The notes below the pieces were generated by a model. The model was not told the origin of the DNA and ran no database searches. It saw only the letters and a list, made by a program, of their open reading frames with translations. Position numbers and translations under genes: made by a program. A stretch of 7,695 nucleotides of DNA. Source: Naegleria gruberi. Lineage: Eukaryota. Shown here piece after piece: positions 6,999 to 7,695 of this stretch. The DNA is taken from assembly GCA_000004985.1 (NCBI GenBank), contig GG739116.1; one strand, written 5' to 3'. How positions within the stretch are numbered: the first letter of the stretch is position 1; every line of letters begins with the position of its first letter.

Positions 6999-7274
6999 TT
7001 ACAACAGACTACATTTGCCAGACTTCTTCTTTTCTGAGCTTTGATCTGGACTCTTTGGATCCAAAACACATTCGATAACATAGTTGAAAGTTTCCTTCAA
7101 TCCTTCTTGTGATTTAGCAGAACATTCCGAATAGTATTGAGCTCCAACTTCCTTGGCTACTTTTTGTCCTTCTTCTGAAGACACTACTTGTAATCCTTCT
7201 CTTTGAAGATAGTCTTTATCCTTACGAAGATCAGCCTTAGTTCCTGTGAGAACAATTGGCACTTTTGGACAGTG
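6999..7274 (-). CDS. Rac/Rho-family small GTPase, terminal exon (91 codons + stop): HCPKVPIVLTGTKADLRKDKDYLQREGLQVVSSEEGQKVAKEVGAQYYSECSAKSQEGLKETFNYVIECVLDPKSPDQSSEKKKSGKCSLL*
   Basis: Contains the G4 motif TKxD (TGTKADLR), the G5 motif ECSAK, a polybasic stretch and the CaaX box CSLL directly before TAA (7001-6999). Acceptor AG (plus-strand ct 7275-7276) preceded by tttaaatag. Reading frame is continuous with the upstream exon, giving ...PEVKH|HCPK... Confidence 0.85.
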   Translation of the reverse strand, partial: HCPKVPIVLTGTKADLRKDKDYLQREGLQVVSSEEGQKVAKEVGAQYYSECSAKSQEGLKETFNYVIECVLDPKSPDQSSEKKKSGKCSLL

Positions 7275-7394
7275 CTATTTAAATAATAAAGTTGTTTGTT
7301 TGTTTACATGCATGTAACAACAGATATGTTCAACATGTTGTTAAAAGTATAAAGAATAAATAAATCTTTTCAAGTGGTGTAGAGTACTACTTAC

Positions 7395-7515
7395 ATGTTT
7401 AACTTCCGGAACCCACTTGGCCTTTACGTTCATTAAACTTGTATGATTGACAACAGAGAAGCAGACGAGGAAAACTTGAGCATCAGGATAAGACAATGGT
7501 CGCAAACGATCATAG
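7395..7515 (-). CDS. Rac/Rho-family GTPase, internal exon (121 nt, phase 2 to 0): (D)[40 protein letters not shown]
   Basis: Flanked by an acceptor ...aataattttcag and a donor gtaagtag. Intron 7275-7394 is 120 bp and intron 7516-7615 is 100 bp, both AT-rich. [20 protein letters not shown] and KWVPEV are near-invariant Rac/Cdc42 blocks. Confidence 0.85.
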
Positions 7516-7615
7516 CTGAAAATTATTTAGCCTAAAAATTCTTCTACTAGAAGATTACTTACTCACTATTAGAAAGTACAATAAATATTGTTGATGAAAA
7601 TTTGAAATTACTTAC

Positions 7616-7695
7616 TCTTGACCAGCTGTATCCCACAAACCCAAAGATACTGTTGTATTCTTGTACATTACGTTAGCAGACGTATTTCACAAAAA
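7616..7695 (-). CDS. Rac/Rho-family GTPase, upstream exon (partial): ...NTSANVMYKNTTVSLGLWDTAGQE followed by donor GTAAGT. An in-frame TGA (7689-7687) lies 7 codons before SANVM, so the true 5' limit is unresolved.
   Basis: The exon ends in ...ggt caa ga|gtaagtaat, a phase-2 donor that joins to c-tat-gat in the next exon. LGLWDTAGQE is the Rac-type G3 switch II motif. SANVM + 7 residues + LGLW has the same spacing as Rac1 (YSANVMVDGKPVNLGLW). The stop codon and the absence of any AG between 7695 and 7669 are anomalous. Confidence 0.7.

Noticed and set aside
6999-7262. Track ORF 6999..7262 starting 'MPIVLTG...'
   Set aside because: The leading M is a GTG (Val) translated as a start by the ORF finder. 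The real exon begins 12 nt further upstream at the AG acceptor (7274) and is spliced to upstream exons.

Overview
This looks like AT-rich eukaryotic nuclear DNA. There are spliced genes with roughly 100-120 bp GTAAGT...AG introns, a T/S-rich low-complexity protein, and a pol III tRNA gene next to repeats. I cannot name the organism from sequence alone. Only about 2.97 kb can be read, because positions 1866-6594 are a solid run of N (4.7 kb). Nothing can be said about that stretch, and the three ~1600-aa ORFs in the six-frame track are artefacts of translating N. Left block (1-1865): (i) on the minus strand, the 5' end of a gene whose first 216 codons (650->3) encode a basic N-terminus, a Thr/Ser-rich linker and an unmistakable VIT domain. 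(ii) a tRNA-Ile(AAU) gene (866-938, minus) with a T-run terminator, about 215 bp upstream of that gene in the same orientation. (iii) upstream of the tRNA, a 635-bp very AT-rich cassette (941-1575). Its left end is the tRNA itself and its right end is a 23-bp copy of the tRNA 5' end (nt -2..21, including the A box). The cassette holds two ~90%-identical copies of a ~132-bp palindromic element with terminal inverted repeats. These sit on either side of an 81-codon ORF whose AT-saturated codon usage is quite unlike the flanking genes. This cassette is the most interesting object in the window. (iv) the start of a plus-strand gene (ATG 1782) that runs into the N block. Right block (6595-7695): three 3' exons of a Rac/Rho-family small GTPase on the minus strand (G3 motif [39 protein letters not shown], CaaX box CSLL, stop at 6999). 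An in-frame TGA lies just upstream of the conserved SANVM block, with no AG acceptor after it.
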